From Parachlamydiaceae bacterium (lineage in GTDB: Bacteria; Chlamydiota; Chlamydiia; Chlamydiales; Parachlamydiaceae), in NCBI GenBank assembly GCA_013813265.1, contig JACCRY010000075.1:150-64149 (forward strand): a stretch of DNA of 64,000 nucleotides. The letters are read 5' to 3'. Shown one piece after another: positions 47,798 through 57,321 of the stretch. A model generated the notes under the pieces. The model made no database searches. It was not told the DNA's origin and saw only the letters and a list, made by a program, of their open reading frames with translations. Position 1 is the first letter of the stretch; each line of letters begins with the position of its first letter. The position numbers and the translations under genes are program-made.

Positions 47798-48222
47798 ATA
47801 ACTCAGTACGAGGAAGCTATTAGTGTGATGCCATCCACAAGCGAAGGGCAACAAGCCATTCATTCATTAAAGGCAAAGAAGGAAATAGCCCTTAAAGAAT
47901 TAGAGGCTGCTATTATCTATTTCACCGAATTAGTTGCGACTAACAAAGCAACCTAGAGCAGGTGGACACAGTGGATCTGGTGGGCGATGTGGACAACCTA
48001 GATAAAGTCCATTCGCCTTCCAGTTTGTCCCCGTTTACTTCAATGGAATATCTTTTTCCGATTTACCTTTGGTTACATTTCTTCAAGCAGATATAATCAC
48101 TCCAAGGGCCAACTTCCAATTAGTGCAAATGCTCCTGATCCAGCGTCGAACGTAGGGTAAGTGATTCAAAAAACATATACATGAATAACAGGCATCAAAA
48201 TTTTCAAATCCACAATTGCATT

Positions 48223-49554
48223 ATGAAATCTACCGTCTATCAATTTTTAAAAGAACGTTGCGACATGGCAAAGCCTCTTTTGATTGGACTATCCGGTGGG
48301 CCGGATTCTTTGGCTTTGCTTTACACATTAATGGAAATTAAGGACCTGCTACCCATAAAGTTGGGGATTGCACACGTTGACCATAGTTGGAGAGAATGTA
48401 GTGCCGAAGAAGCAACCAAACTAGAACTACTTGCGCATAAACTCTCACTCCCCTTTCATCTAAAAGTACTAAACCCTAAAATACTGACAGGAAATCTAGA
48501 AGAAGCTTGTCGCCTTGAAAGACTCGCTTTTTTCAGGGAGCTTTCAACGGAAAATGGGTACCAAGCAGTTTTACTCGGGCATCATGCCGATGATCAAACT
48601 GAAACGGTTCTTAAAAAAATTTTTGAGGGATCTGAACTCCCCTTTCTCCAGGGTATGCATCAAGAGACATATATTAATGGGGTGAAAATTTGGAGACCGC
48701 TGTTAAATTTGCGTAAGTTTGAAATGGTAAGATATCTACAAAATCGATCCTTAATTCCCTTCGAAGATAAGACAAATGAAGATCCACAGTTTCTCCGCGC
48801 CAGATTTCGGAAAACAATACTTCCACTCCTCTCAAACCATTTTGGGAAAGAAATTTTTAATTGCTTAAATAGGATTGGACGCGATTCAGCCGAATTGACC
48901 CTTTACCTTGATGAACAAATCAAAACTTATATTGATCATATTGTTTTTAGTCCTTTTGGCATTTCAATAGATCTTAGTCAAAAACGTCCCACATCCGCAT
49001 TTGAATTTCGCCATTTACTTCGCAGATTTTGTGATATCAAAAACATAAGCTTTTCACGCGCCCTGCTTGATAAGCTTGTAGAGTTGCTTGAAAGTGGAGT
49101 TGCTAATAAAGAAATTCGCACGAAAGATACAAGCATGCAAATCGATCGACATCGTCTATTTCTAATACACAATTCCATACCAGTAATGGAAAAGGAACTT
49201 GAGATAGTTCCGGGAATTTTTATTTATGGCGGATGGACACTTGAGATTAGAGCTGTTACGTATTCAAAGGAATTACCGACTACTGATTGGACTTCTGCAT
49301 GGAAAGGAGAGGTTCAAGTTGTGCTTCCGGAAGGAAAATATCGACTCCTTCCCCCTAAAGCAAACTATCTTTATAAAGGTTCAGGCGAATTGGGAAAATG
49401 GTGGAATAATGCAAAAGTTCCTGCATTTTTGAGAAACTTTCTGCCTGTTGTTTCAAATGGAACAGACATAGTACATGAATTTTTGACCGGGCGTCGAAAA
49501 GATTTCATTCAGCCAGGAACAAAGGCGATTTCAATATCATTCCATTACAAGTAG
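48223..49554 (+). CDS. tilS: tRNA(Ile)-lysidine synthetase
   Basis: PP-loop LLIGLSGGPDSLAL about 20 aa after ATG 48223. GHHADDQ motif. The track start 48181 is also possible. Confidence 0.88.
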   Translation: MKSTVYQFLKERCDMAKPLLIGLSGGPDSLALLYTLMEIKDLLPIKLGIAHVDHSWRECSAEEATKLELLAHKLSLPFHLKVLNPKILTGNLEEACRLERLAFFRELSTENGYQAVLLGHHADDQTETVLKKIFEGSELPFLQGMHQETYINGVKIWRPLLNLRKFEMVRYLQNRSLIPFEDKTNEDPQFLRARFRKTILPLLSNHFGKEIFNCLNRIGRDSAELTLYLDEQIKTYIDHIVFSPFGISIDLSQKRPTSAFEFRHLLRRFCDIKNISFSRALLDKLVELLESGVANKEIRTKDTSMQIDRHRLFLIHNSIPVMEKELEIVPGIFIYGGWTLEIRAVTYSKELPTTDWTSAWKGEVQVVLPEGKYRLLPPKANYLYKGSGELGKWWNNAKVPAFLRNFLPVVSNGTDIVHEFLTGRRKDFIQPGTKAISISFHYK

Positions 49555-49671
49555 GGGATTTCGATTATTTAACCTCTAATTCTATCTTTGTGGTGAACTA
49601 GATTGTTTTTTTTAACGCAAAGAAAGGCAATTCCAATGACACGCTTATCGAAAAATAACATATTAATTTTT

Positions 49672-49769
49672 GAAACACAGAGGCACGGAGGACACAGAGA
49701 AAACAAAAGAGAATTTGAATTTTTCCATACCTCTGCGCCTCTCTCTGTGTTCTCTGTGCCTCTGTGTTT
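49672..49769. repeat. Gene-less doublet of CACAGAG-type arms (empty counterpart of the GxxExxY unit)
   Basis: Left arm GAAACACAGAGGCACGGAGGACACAGAGA. The reverse complement of the right arm reads AAACACAGAGGCACAGAGAACACAGAGAGAGGCGCAGAGG. 29-nt spacer. Confidence 0.85.
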
Positions 49770-49850
49770 AAAACTAATTAGTACAAAAACATGTTATTTA
49801 GAAGAAACAGCAAAAGGTGCAAAAGCCGCAAAGATAAATGTAACTCAGCC

Positions 49851-49942
49851 AAAAGTAGCTCGACATTGAATGTCGAACTAGGAGTTAACCTAGTAAGAAT
49901 TATCTATTTTGACTAATCCCTACTCAACTTCTCAATGTCGAG
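49851..49942. mobile_element. Second, right-truncated copy of the 46793 MITE-like element
   Basis: AAAAGTAGCTCGACATTGAATGTCGAA...TTAACCTAGTAAGAATTATCTATTTTGACTAATCCCTACT...CAATGTCGAGG. Abuts the dnaJ stop. Confidence 0.65.
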
Positions 49943-49953
49943 GTACAGGTCGC

Positions 49954-51114
49954 TTACGAAAAGAGATCTTTGATCTTATCCAAAAACCCTTTGCGATTCG
50001 GCATGTTTCCTGGAATTTCTAAAGTCCTTAACTCTTCTAATAGTTCTTTTTGTCTTTCGCTTAAGTGTGTCGGAGTTTCAACTGTCAAACGGACCAAAAG
50101 ATCACCTCTAACCTGACCATGCACAGAGGCAAACCCTTGACCCTTAATTCGGAAAGTCTTGCCTGTTTGTGTTCCCTCAGGGATTGTGATACGACAGACA
50201 TGAGATCCAAGAGCAGGCACTTCTTTTTTGCAGCCTAAAGCAGCATCGCTGAAACTGATCGGCAAATTAAGAATGACATCGTTCCCTTCACGTTCAAAGA
50301 CCTCATGAGGTTCAACTGTAATAAACACATACAGATCACCCGGAGGTCCGCCACCCTGTCCTGCATCTCCGTAGCCACTCATTTTCAAACGCATTCCGTT
50401 ATCAACACCGGCAGGAATATGCACTTTGACATGCTGTTTTTCTTTAGTTACCCCTTCTCCTTTGCAAGATTTGCAAGGATCTGTAATGACTTTCCCTTCT
50501 CCATGACACTGCGGGCACGCAGCTGACATCGCAAAAAAACCACGCTGCTCATAAACCTGTCCTGAACCACCGCAACGACTACATTTTTTAATGCTTTGAG
50601 AACTGGAGGCTCCAATACCCTTACAAGTTGTACAGGCAACAAGATTTGTTACAACGAGTTCTTTATCAAGACCTCGCGCAGCCTCTTCGAAAGACAATGT
50701 AACGTTAACCCTTTTGCTTGCTCCTTGCCTAGCTGAACGGCCGCCGCCACCGCCCATTTCTCCACCAAAAAAGCTTTCAAAAATACTTTCGCCACCGCCG
50801 CCACCACCCATTCCGCCAAAGGCGTTCATGAATGTGCGCATAGCCTCATCCATAGATTCAAAGCCTCTGCCGGCACCAGGGCCTGCAGCAGCACCGCCAA
50901 GACCAGCCTTTCCATATCGATCGTAAAGCTGACGTTTTTTTTCATCGCTTAGGACCTCGTAGGCTTCTGAAATTTCCTTAAAGCGCTTTTCGGCGTCAGA
51001 ATCACCGGGATTTTTATCTGGATGAAATTTAACAGCCTGCTTGCGATACGCTTTTTTAATTTCTTCTTGCGTGGCACCTCGCTGCAATTCTAATGTGTCG
51101 TAGTAATCTGCCAT
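49954..51114 (-). CDS. dnaJ: Molecular chaperone DnaJ
   Basis: 386 aa. J domain with HPD (KFHPDKNP), G/F-rich region, and four CxxCxGxG zinc-finger repeats. Confidence 0.95.
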   Translation of the reverse strand: MADYYDTLELQRGATQEEIKKAYRKQAVKFHPDKNPGDSDAEKRFKEISEAYEVLSDEKKRQLYDRYGKAGLGGAAAGPGAGRGFESMDEAMRTFMNAFGGMGGGGGGESIFESFFGGEMGGGGGRSARQGASKRVNVTLSFEEAARGLDKELVVTNLVACTTCKGIGASSSQSIKKCSRCGGSGQVYEQRGFFAMSAACPQCHGEGKVITDPCKSCKGEGVTKEKQHVKVHIPAGVDNGMRLKMSGYGDAGQGGGPPGDLYVFITVEPHEVFEREGNDVILNLPISFSDAALGCKKEVPALGSHVCRITIPEGTQTGKTFRIKGQGFASVHGQVRGDLLVRLTVETPTHLSERQKELLEELRTLEIPGNMPNRKGFLDKIKDLFS

Positions 51115-51157
51115 GGTTTCATAAAATGGGGTTATAAATCGGAACTTTTTTCAATAT

Positions 51158-51337
51158 TTAGCGGATGCGTCTATATTTTAGAGCAGCCTTAGCTTTAGCA
51201 CGTTTTTTGATCGAAGGCTTCGTATAAAAGCGATGAGCTTTTACAGATTTCATTACACCTTCTTTATCCAAGCGTTTTTTTAACGCACGGAGAGCTTTAT
51301 CAATAGAATCGCCAATACGAACTTTAACTGAAGTCAT
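51158..51337 (-). CDS. rpsU: 30S ribosomal protein S21
   Basis: 59-aa ORF below the track cutoff: [59 protein letters not shown]. Lies immediately upstream of dnaJ on the same strand. Confidence 0.85.
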   Translation of the reverse strand: MTSVKVRIGDSIDKALRALKKRLDKEGVMKSVKAHRFYTKPSIKKRAKAKAALKYRRIR

Positions 51338-51615
51338 TGAAATTTCTTCCTGGTTGAGTGATACATTTGATTTCCGCTATCCTCAGATGGATGGCGGATA
51401 TGCCTTACTTTCTTGTTAGCAGTATAGCAACTCTGTGCTTTATAATCAATCCCCTATTATCTCGACTTTATCATTTTTTTACCGGCATCTTACAGAAATC
51501 GCTCCCTGGACATAAATCTGCCTTAAGGATCACCTGCAATTTGCCCGCAGAAAAATCATAAAGTCGAGATTGCAAAAAGGTGGAAAAAAAAAGGTGTTTA
51601 CTATAAAAATGCAAC

Positions 51616-51918
51616 ATGATGACACGACTTCTATTTTCTGCGAAAAAACAACTCCTAAATTCTTGGTGGGTATTTTTCTTTGCACTCCTTTGCTTTATCT
51701 GCTATGAGCAAGGTATAAAGAGACAAAATATTCAGTTTCAAACTCTAATGAAACAGCTCAAAGAGCTTCAACACGAAAAAGCGACTGCAATGTCTCTTCA
51801 TACAGAACTTTCAGCACAGATTCTCAGCCAGACGGATCTAGATTGGATCGAGTTAACATTGATGAAGGAATTGGGTGTTGTCCCTGAAGGTCAAAGAAAA
51901 GTTTTTTTTAACGAGTAA
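51616..51918 (+). CDS. FtsB/DivIC-like septum formation initiator family protein
   Basis: 100 aa. One TM, a coiled coil (LMKQLKELQHEK), and a C-terminal LMKELGVVPEGQ motif. Confidence 0.55.
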   Translation: MMTRLLFSAKKQLLNSWWVFFFALLCFICYEQGIKRQNIQFQTLMKQLKELQHEKATAMSLHTELSAQILSQTDLDWIELTLMKELGVVPEGQRKVFFNE

Positions 51919-51927
51919 TGCTTCTCC

Positions 51928-53181
51928 ATGGACTTACATTTTCAAATTGCTCTTTTAATCTTTCTTACTTTTTGCTCAGGATATTTTTCTGCCTCCGAAA
52001 CTGCACTTTTCTCCCTTCCTGCCACGCGAATTAAGGCCTACGGCACTGAAGCCAACCCTAACAGAAATCTTATTGCTAGACTATTACAGCACCCTAGAGA
52101 CCTTCTTGTCACAGTCTTTATGCTCAACACCCTTGTCAACATACTGTTACAAAATGTCGCCTCTAGCATGTTTGGCAACCTAGCAAGTTGGACATTAAAA
52201 ATCGGAGTTCCTTTAGTCATCACATTGATATTTGGTGAGATCATTCCCAAATCTTTTGGGATGCAGCACAATATCGCAATTAGCGATTTTGTTGCCCCAA
52301 TGATTAATCGACTGCAAAATTTCTTAACTCCAATAAGACATTTGATCATTTCCGTAACGTACCCCCTTTCTCGCGCCCTCTTTTTTTTCTTAAGAAAAGA
52401 AGAAACTATCTCCCGCGAAGAACTTCGACATGTGCTCAAAACCTCAGAAGAAATGGAAGTGCTCAATAAAGATGAAGCTCAACTGGTCTGCGGATACTTG
52501 GATTTGCAGGAAGCTCTTGTAAAAGAATTGATGCGCCCCAGGCAAGAAGTCCTATTTTACGATATTGGTGACCCCCTCACAAAACTTACTCATCTTTTTG
52601 TCGATCAACAATGCTCACGTATCCCTGTCTGCGAAGGGTCTTTAGAAAATGTCATCGGCATTATTAGCGCAAAAGAATTTTTTCTTTACCGCCGCGAGCT
52701 TACAACAAAAGAACGGTTGATTGAAAAGCTTGCGAAACCCTTTTTTGTTCCTGGAAATATGTTAGCTCGTGTGCTGCTCCGTCGTTTTGAGGAAAAGAAA
52801 TGCGTTCTTGCCATGGCTGTTGACGAATACGGATCAATTGCAGGCCTCATTACCCGTGAAGACATTCTAGAGGTAATTATTGGGCAAATTAAAGATTTTC
52901 GTGATGAAAAAAGTTTATTTTCCAAACAAAATGACAACGAAATTATTGCCAGTGGAAAACTTGAGCTAGATGAATTTAACACTTTTTTTTCATCAGATCT
53001 TGAGAGTGAGAACAATCGGGTAACTCTGGGTGGCTGGATCATAGAACAACTGGGAGAAATCCCTAAAAGCGGAACGAAATTTGAAAACTCCGGTTTTCTA
53101 TTTCACATTTTGACAGCTACTCCAAGTCGCATTAGACGTATTTATGTTCGCAGATTGAACCCTAAAAGCACGAAGACCTAG
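51928..53181 (+). CDS. CNNM/DUF21-CBS-CorC_HlyC family transporter (TlyC-like)
   Basis: 417 aa. N-terminal DUF21 TM domain (SASETALFSL), a CBS pair, and a C-terminal CorC/HlyC domain (TLGGWIIEQLGEIPKSG). Confidence 0.8.
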   Translation: MDLHFQIALLIFLTFCSGYFSASETALFSLPATRIKAYGTEANPNRNLIARLLQHPRDLLVTVFMLNTLVNILLQNVASSMFGNLASWTLKIGVPLVITLIFGEIIPKSFGMQHNIAISDFVAPMINRLQNFLTPIRHLIISVTYPLSRALFFFLRKEETISREELRHVLKTSEEMEVLNKDEAQLVCGYLDLQEALVKELMRPRQEVLFYDIGDPLTKLTHLFVDQQCSRIPVCEGSLENVIGIISAKEFFLYRRELTTKERLIEKLAKPFFVPGNMLARVLLRRFEEKKCVLAMAVDEYGSIAGLITREDILEVIIGQIKDFRDEKSLFSKQNDNEIIASGKLELDEFNTFFSSDLESENNRVTLGGWIIEQLGEIPKSGTKFENSGFLFHILTATPSRIRRIYVRRLNPKSTKT

Positions 53182-53195
53182 GCAGTGTACTCATT

Positions 53196-54446
53196 ATGAA
53201 CTCTTCAGCTCTTTTATGGCTCGCTTTAAATTTTGCAACGATTGTCATCTTAGGATTTTATTCGATGATGGAAATGGCATGCGTTTCATTCAATCGTGTT
53301 CGCTTGCATTATTATGTCAGTAAAGGAGAAAAAAGAGCTCTTCTGCTGAATGAACTCCTACATCATCCTTCGCGTCTTTTTGGTACAACCTTGATTATGG
53401 TTAACGTGGCTATGTTTGCCGGCTCTGAATTTGCCCGCGAATTTCATGAAGCCATCGGAATAAGCCCTGACCTCGCTCCCTTAAGTCAGGTACTTATTGT
53501 GTTGATTTTTGGAGAGCTTGCTCCCATGTTTGCCGCTCGTAGCCACTCTGAGCATATGGCTTTATTAGGAATTCCCATTCTGTATACCTCAGCAAAAATT
53601 TTAACACCTATCCTATGGCTCCTTGACTATTTGACATCCTTTTTAAATGCTATCATTAGCCGCAATAAGGTCAAAACTGCGATCTATTTAACGCAAGAAG
53701 AGCTGCAAAAAATTCTTGAAGAACAAGAAGAGGATCAGATTTATGCAAGCGATCGGGAACAATTTAATGCGATTACCTCAAACATTTTCAGTTTGCGCCA
53801 CAAAGAAGCAAGCCAAATTATGACCCCAATCGATCGAATTCCTATCGTTGCCTCCACTGCGACAATTGAGCAAACGCGTAAACTTTTTAAAGATCGAAAA
53901 GTCGAATATCTACCTATTTACCATAATGACCGGAATAATATTGTTGGCATTGTCCTGCCGCGAGACCTTTTACGTGCCACAGAAACGCGCAAGGTACGCG
54001 AATTTGGTCGTACTCCATGGTTTGTCACCCAAAATACCAAGCTGACCCATATCCTCAAACAATTTAGGCATAATAATCAAGAAGTCGCCATCATTCTAGA
54101 TCCTCAAGGATATGCCATAGGGCTCATCACACTTGACGATGTGATTGAAGAGATCTTTGGGGAAACACCTCCTACAGAAAATAGTGCCCGCAGAAATCGG
54201 TCATCTAAAAGATTTGTAATTGACCGTACCTTTCTGGGGACATTAACTGTAGATGAATTTTTTAATCAGTTTAACGTACTACTTGCCGATGATAGAGATC
54301 TAACTTTAGCGCAACTCATTGAGACCGAACTCGGATATCATCCAGAAACAGGTGAATCTATCTACATTGACCCTTTCGAACTCATTGTAAAAGAAACATC
54401 CCTACATACAATCAAAACAGTGTCCATAAAAACGAAGATCAAATAA
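53196..54446 (+). CDS. CNNM/DUF21-CBS-CorC_HlyC family transporter, second tandem copy
   Basis: 416 aa with the same architecture (MEMACVSFNRVRL; CBS pair; C-terminal transporter-associated domain). Confidence 0.8.
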   Translation: MNSSALLWLALNFATIVILGFYSMMEMACVSFNRVRLHYYVSKGEKRALLLNELLHHPSRLFGTTLIMVNVAMFAGSEFAREFHEAIGISPDLAPLSQVLIVLIFGELAPMFAARSHSEHMALLGIPILYTSAKILTPILWLLDYLTSFLNAIISRNKVKTAIYLTQEELQKILEEQEEDQIYASDREQFNAITSNIFSLRHKEASQIMTPIDRIPIVASTATIEQTRKLFKDRKVEYLPIYHNDRNNIVGIVLPRDLLRATETRKVREFGRTPWFVTQNTKLTHILKQFRHNNQEVAIILDPQGYAIGLITLDDVIEEIFGETPPTENSARRNRSSKRFVIDRTFLGTLTVDEFFNQFNVLLADDRDLTLAQLIETELGYHPETGESIYIDPFELIVKETSLHTIKTVSIKTKIK

Positions 54447-54527
54447 AAGTGGGTTGTGAAGTAGTTGTTTACCCTATTTTAGAGTGAGAAGTTGTTGAGG
54501 GTGTCACAGCCAATCCACCCATGAAAA

Positions 54528-54545
54528 GGGGGGAAGTCCCCCCCC
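54528..54545. terminator. G6-AAGT-C8 hairpin, bidirectional terminator between convergent genes
   Basis: GGGGGGAAGTCCCCCCCC flanked by AAAA on the left. The minus-strand RNA has a stem followed by UUUUC. Confidence 0.65.
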
Positions 54546-54582
54546 TGTAATTGAAAGATTTGATACTTAGCTGGCTGTGAAG

Positions 54583-55773
54583 TTATAACTCTTGAAAAGC
54601 ATGGCTTTGAGCTATATGCTCTTCATCTCCAATTGATCTGGTTTTAGTCCCCGAGCTTATTTCTAATTCCGAGAGAGAATCCTCTTCTTCACCAGAAAGA
54701 GAATAATTTTGAATTTCCTCTTCATAAACCTTTAGTTTGTAATTCCAATTGGCAAATTCAACAGTTTCATTTTTAATTAATCTCTCAAAAATATTAAAAC
54801 TCTCATCCTTCACATGTGATGAAATTGTTATTAAAGAACAAGATGAAGCCTCCTCGGATAAATTCTGCCAAAGCTGGCAACCAGCATATATTGACTTATT
54901 TAATACAAAGTTATAATTAATAAATATTGCAGCTTTATGGTCAATTTCTTCACCAACTTCTCTAGCCACAACAGGAATAGCCAAACACTTCTTATTATCA
55001 TGCATCACAAAAATTGTCGCACCTTCGAGATTGTTTATTAATGCTTTTCTCAAAGAAACAAATTCATTAGCATTAATAACTTTCTTACACGAAATCAATT
55101 CAAGATTAAACTGGTTACCAAATTCTGATATCGCTTCACCTTTACGATTATCATTTAAAATAAATTTAGCCCTTAGATCATCAGGGGTCAAATCCAATTT
55201 TTTTCTTACTTCTTTTACATGTGGTGTTTTTATCAAATCTTGATTGGACATAATGGGTGAGCTATTTTCTTTTTTAATTTCCGCATTGACTTCTTTGATC
55301 TTCTCTTCACTGGAAGAATTTGAAAGTACCATGTCTGGTTCGTAAGTAGACATAAGAGAATCTTCACTCGATAAAGTTTTAATTTCTTCGTCTAGCTGTT
55401 GGCTTACGTTATTTTTTTCAGACTTTACTTTCTCATCTTCCTTAAGAGGACTTCTTTCCTCCTCATGTGAAGTTATGACAATTTCCTTGGAAGATTGCTC
55501 CACTGGATCTGCAAAGTAAGCAGCAACCGAGGTGCATAATGGGGGTACAACTAAAACAACTGTTGCTATAAATGTGTAAGGCAAACCTACAGTAAACAGA
55601 AGAATGCCCATCAAAGCTCTTTCCCATGCTGTATAGATAGCTGTTAAAGGAACATGCTGCTCACCTGAAATTGTGATGAGCTCTCTACCGCCCAATACTC
55701 CGCGAAGAGGCTTGGTGAATGACTCAGCTTTTGTCATATTTTCTTGTGAATCTAAATTAATTGTTATAGACAT
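54583..55773 (-). CDS. Inc-like membrane protein, paralogue A
   Basis: 396 aa. Conserved N-terminus INLDSQENMT..PLRGVLGGRE, bilobed hydrophobic domain LMGILLFTVGLPYTFIATVVLVVPPLCTSVAAYF, and acidic/Ser-rich regions. Paralogous to 57322..58791. Confidence 0.6.
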   Translation of the reverse strand: MSITINLDSQENMTKAESFTKPLRGVLGGRELITISGEQHVPLTAIYTAWERALMGILLFTVGLPYTFIATVVLVVPPLCTSVAAYFADPVEQSSKEIVITSHEEERSPLKEDEKVKSEKNNVSQQLDEEIKTLSSEDSLMSTYEPDMVLSNSSSEEKIKEVNAEIKKENSSPIMSNQDLIKTPHVKEVRKKLDLTPDDLRAKFILNDNRKGEAISEFGNQFNLELISCKKVINANEFVSLRKALINNLEGATIFVMHDNKKCLAIPVVAREVGEEIDHKAAIFINYNFVLNKSIYAGCQLWQNLSEEASSCSLITISSHVKDESFNIFERLIKNETVEFANWNYKLKVYEEEIQNYSLSGEEEDSLSELEISSGTKTRSIGDEEHIAQSHAFQEL

Positions 55774-55994
55774 TCGTAACTCCTTTTAATCTAAAGCTTA
55801 GGAAGAAAAACGGCATTTAGTTTTTCGGTTCCAATGCTAAAACATTCTTATAAAGAAAACAAAAAATTTCAACTAATAATTAAATGAAATCTATTTATAG
55901 TATAGCATAGCATTACCTGCAATAACATAAAAGCAAATTCTAGTAATTCTTGCTTTTTGGAAAAAAAAATTGTGGCAGCAAGACTAACCGGAGA

Positions 55995-56135
55995 TTCAGA
56001 AAGAATTAAGTCAATTGTATATCACCCTTTCAAACACATAGTTAAGAGAACATCAATTCACAAAATTAAATGGTTTTCATAAAATCGAAGATCAAATACA
56101 TCTGGTTTGTAAGGCAGTTATTTATCCTTTTTTTG
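55995..56135 (+). pseudogene. Decayed duplicate of the 3-prime end of the corC-type gene 53196..54446
   Basis: Aligns almost gap-free (one 1-nt indel) with 54341-54480 at about two-thirds identity by eye. Includes ACCCTTTC.AAC.CAT and an exact 13-mer CGAAGATCAAATA spanning the parental stop codon (TAA is TAC here). Confidence 0.65.
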
Positions 56136-56197
56136 AAGTGGGTAGACTTGACTTTATTTTGTTCGCTGTCGATATTTCGACTTGTCACCGGCGCCGG

Positions 56198-56474
56198 ACG
56201 CTTAAAGGAGCGCACGTTAACCATCTGTAACTGGAAATTTTGATGCCGAGATGATTAAAGAAATGATTTACTGCAGAGTCGCAGAGAACGCAGAGGCAAC
56301 GCAGAGATTTCATTCAAAAGTAGCCAAGGAGGCAGAAGCTCTACTTCTTTTATATTAAATTAATGTGCCTCGGCGCTTCCTCTACGTTCTCTGGGGCTCT
56401 GCGGTAAATCTTTTCCTCAACCGCATCGGAATGCCCAGTTACGCGAACCCTTAACGCTCGCTACTCTTAGCGTC
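56198..56474. repeat. 277-bp imperfect palindrome with CGCAGAG-type arrays at its core
   Basis: Core arms 56271-56307 CTGCAGAGTCGCAGAGAACGCAGAGGCAACGCAGAGA and 56365-56404. The outer arms pair out to GACGCT / AGCGTC and include CTGTAACTGGA / CCCAGTTACG. Confidence 0.85.
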
Positions 56475-56561
56475 AGGCACCCTCAACAAGTAGACAGGCC
56501 GAGGGCTCACAGAATGTAGACAAGTCTTCGCGCTTCAAAACTTAGCAAGGAAGAAAGTACG

Positions 56562-57194
56562 ATGGAAAAATTGATTCATATTCAAGAAGCACAGGTAGTT
56601 TTGGAAGGATGGCTTAAAGTCCCAGACGGTGCTGAAGGGCTTGTTCTCTTTGCCCACGGCAGTGGAAGTAGCCGATTTTCTCCGCGTAATAATTTTGTAG
56701 CTGATGTTTTAAATAAAGGTGGACTGGCAACTCTCTTAATTGACCTTCTCTCGAAAAAAGAAGATGAAATTTATCAAACCCGATTTAATATTGAGCTTCT
56801 TAACACACGCCTACGAATGGTTATTGACTGGCTAATTAAGGAGCCTGAAACAATTAAATTGCCTATAGGGCTTTTTGGCTCCAGTACAGGAGCGGCAGCA
56901 GCATTATATGTTGCTTCCATTTTTGGAGATGAAATAAAGGCAGTTGTTTCGCGTGGAGGCCGTCCCGACTTGGCCATGCCTGTATTGCGGAAGGTAAAAG
57001 CTCCCACCTTATTTATTGTGGGTGGAGATGATTTTGGAGTCATTGGACTAAATGAAGAAGCCTATGAAAAATTGACCTGCCTAAAAAGTTTTGAAATCAT
57101 CCCGAATGCTACACACCTGTTTGAAGAACCAGGGTGCCTGGAGGAGGTTGCCAGAAAAGCTAAAGACTGGTTCAAGAAGTATCTTTTGCCTTGA
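56562..57194 (+). CDS. Dienelactone hydrolase-family alpha/beta hydrolase
   Basis: 210 aa. FAHGSGSSRFSPRN, nucleophile elbow GLFGSSTGAAAA, and a late His (NATHLFEE). Confidence 0.65.
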   Translation: MEKLIHIQEAQVVLEGWLKVPDGAEGLVLFAHGSGSSRFSPRNNFVADVLNKGGLATLLIDLLSKKEDEIYQTRFNIELLNTRLRMVIDWLIKEPETIKLPIGLFGSSTGAAAALYVASIFGDEIKAVVSRGGRPDLAMPVLRKVKAPTLFIVGGDDFGVIGLNEEAYEKLTCLKSFEIIPNATHLFEEPGCLEEVARKAKDWFKKYLLP

Positions 57195-57321
57195 AGCAGC
57201 CATGTAGTAGATTAAATTGGTGTGCCCAAAGCTTCGGAAACCTTAGCTATGGGCACAGTTGAGAAATTTTAAAAACTAACTATTTCACACTCTTTTCAGT
57301 TAGATTTTTTTCAGATTTTAA

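Noticed and set aside
51115-51615. A CIRCE/HrcA operator (TTAGCACTC-N9-GAGTGCTAA) upstream of dnaJ/rpsU
   Set aside because: No match by eye. The only TTAGCAC-like string lies inside the rpsU coding sequence.
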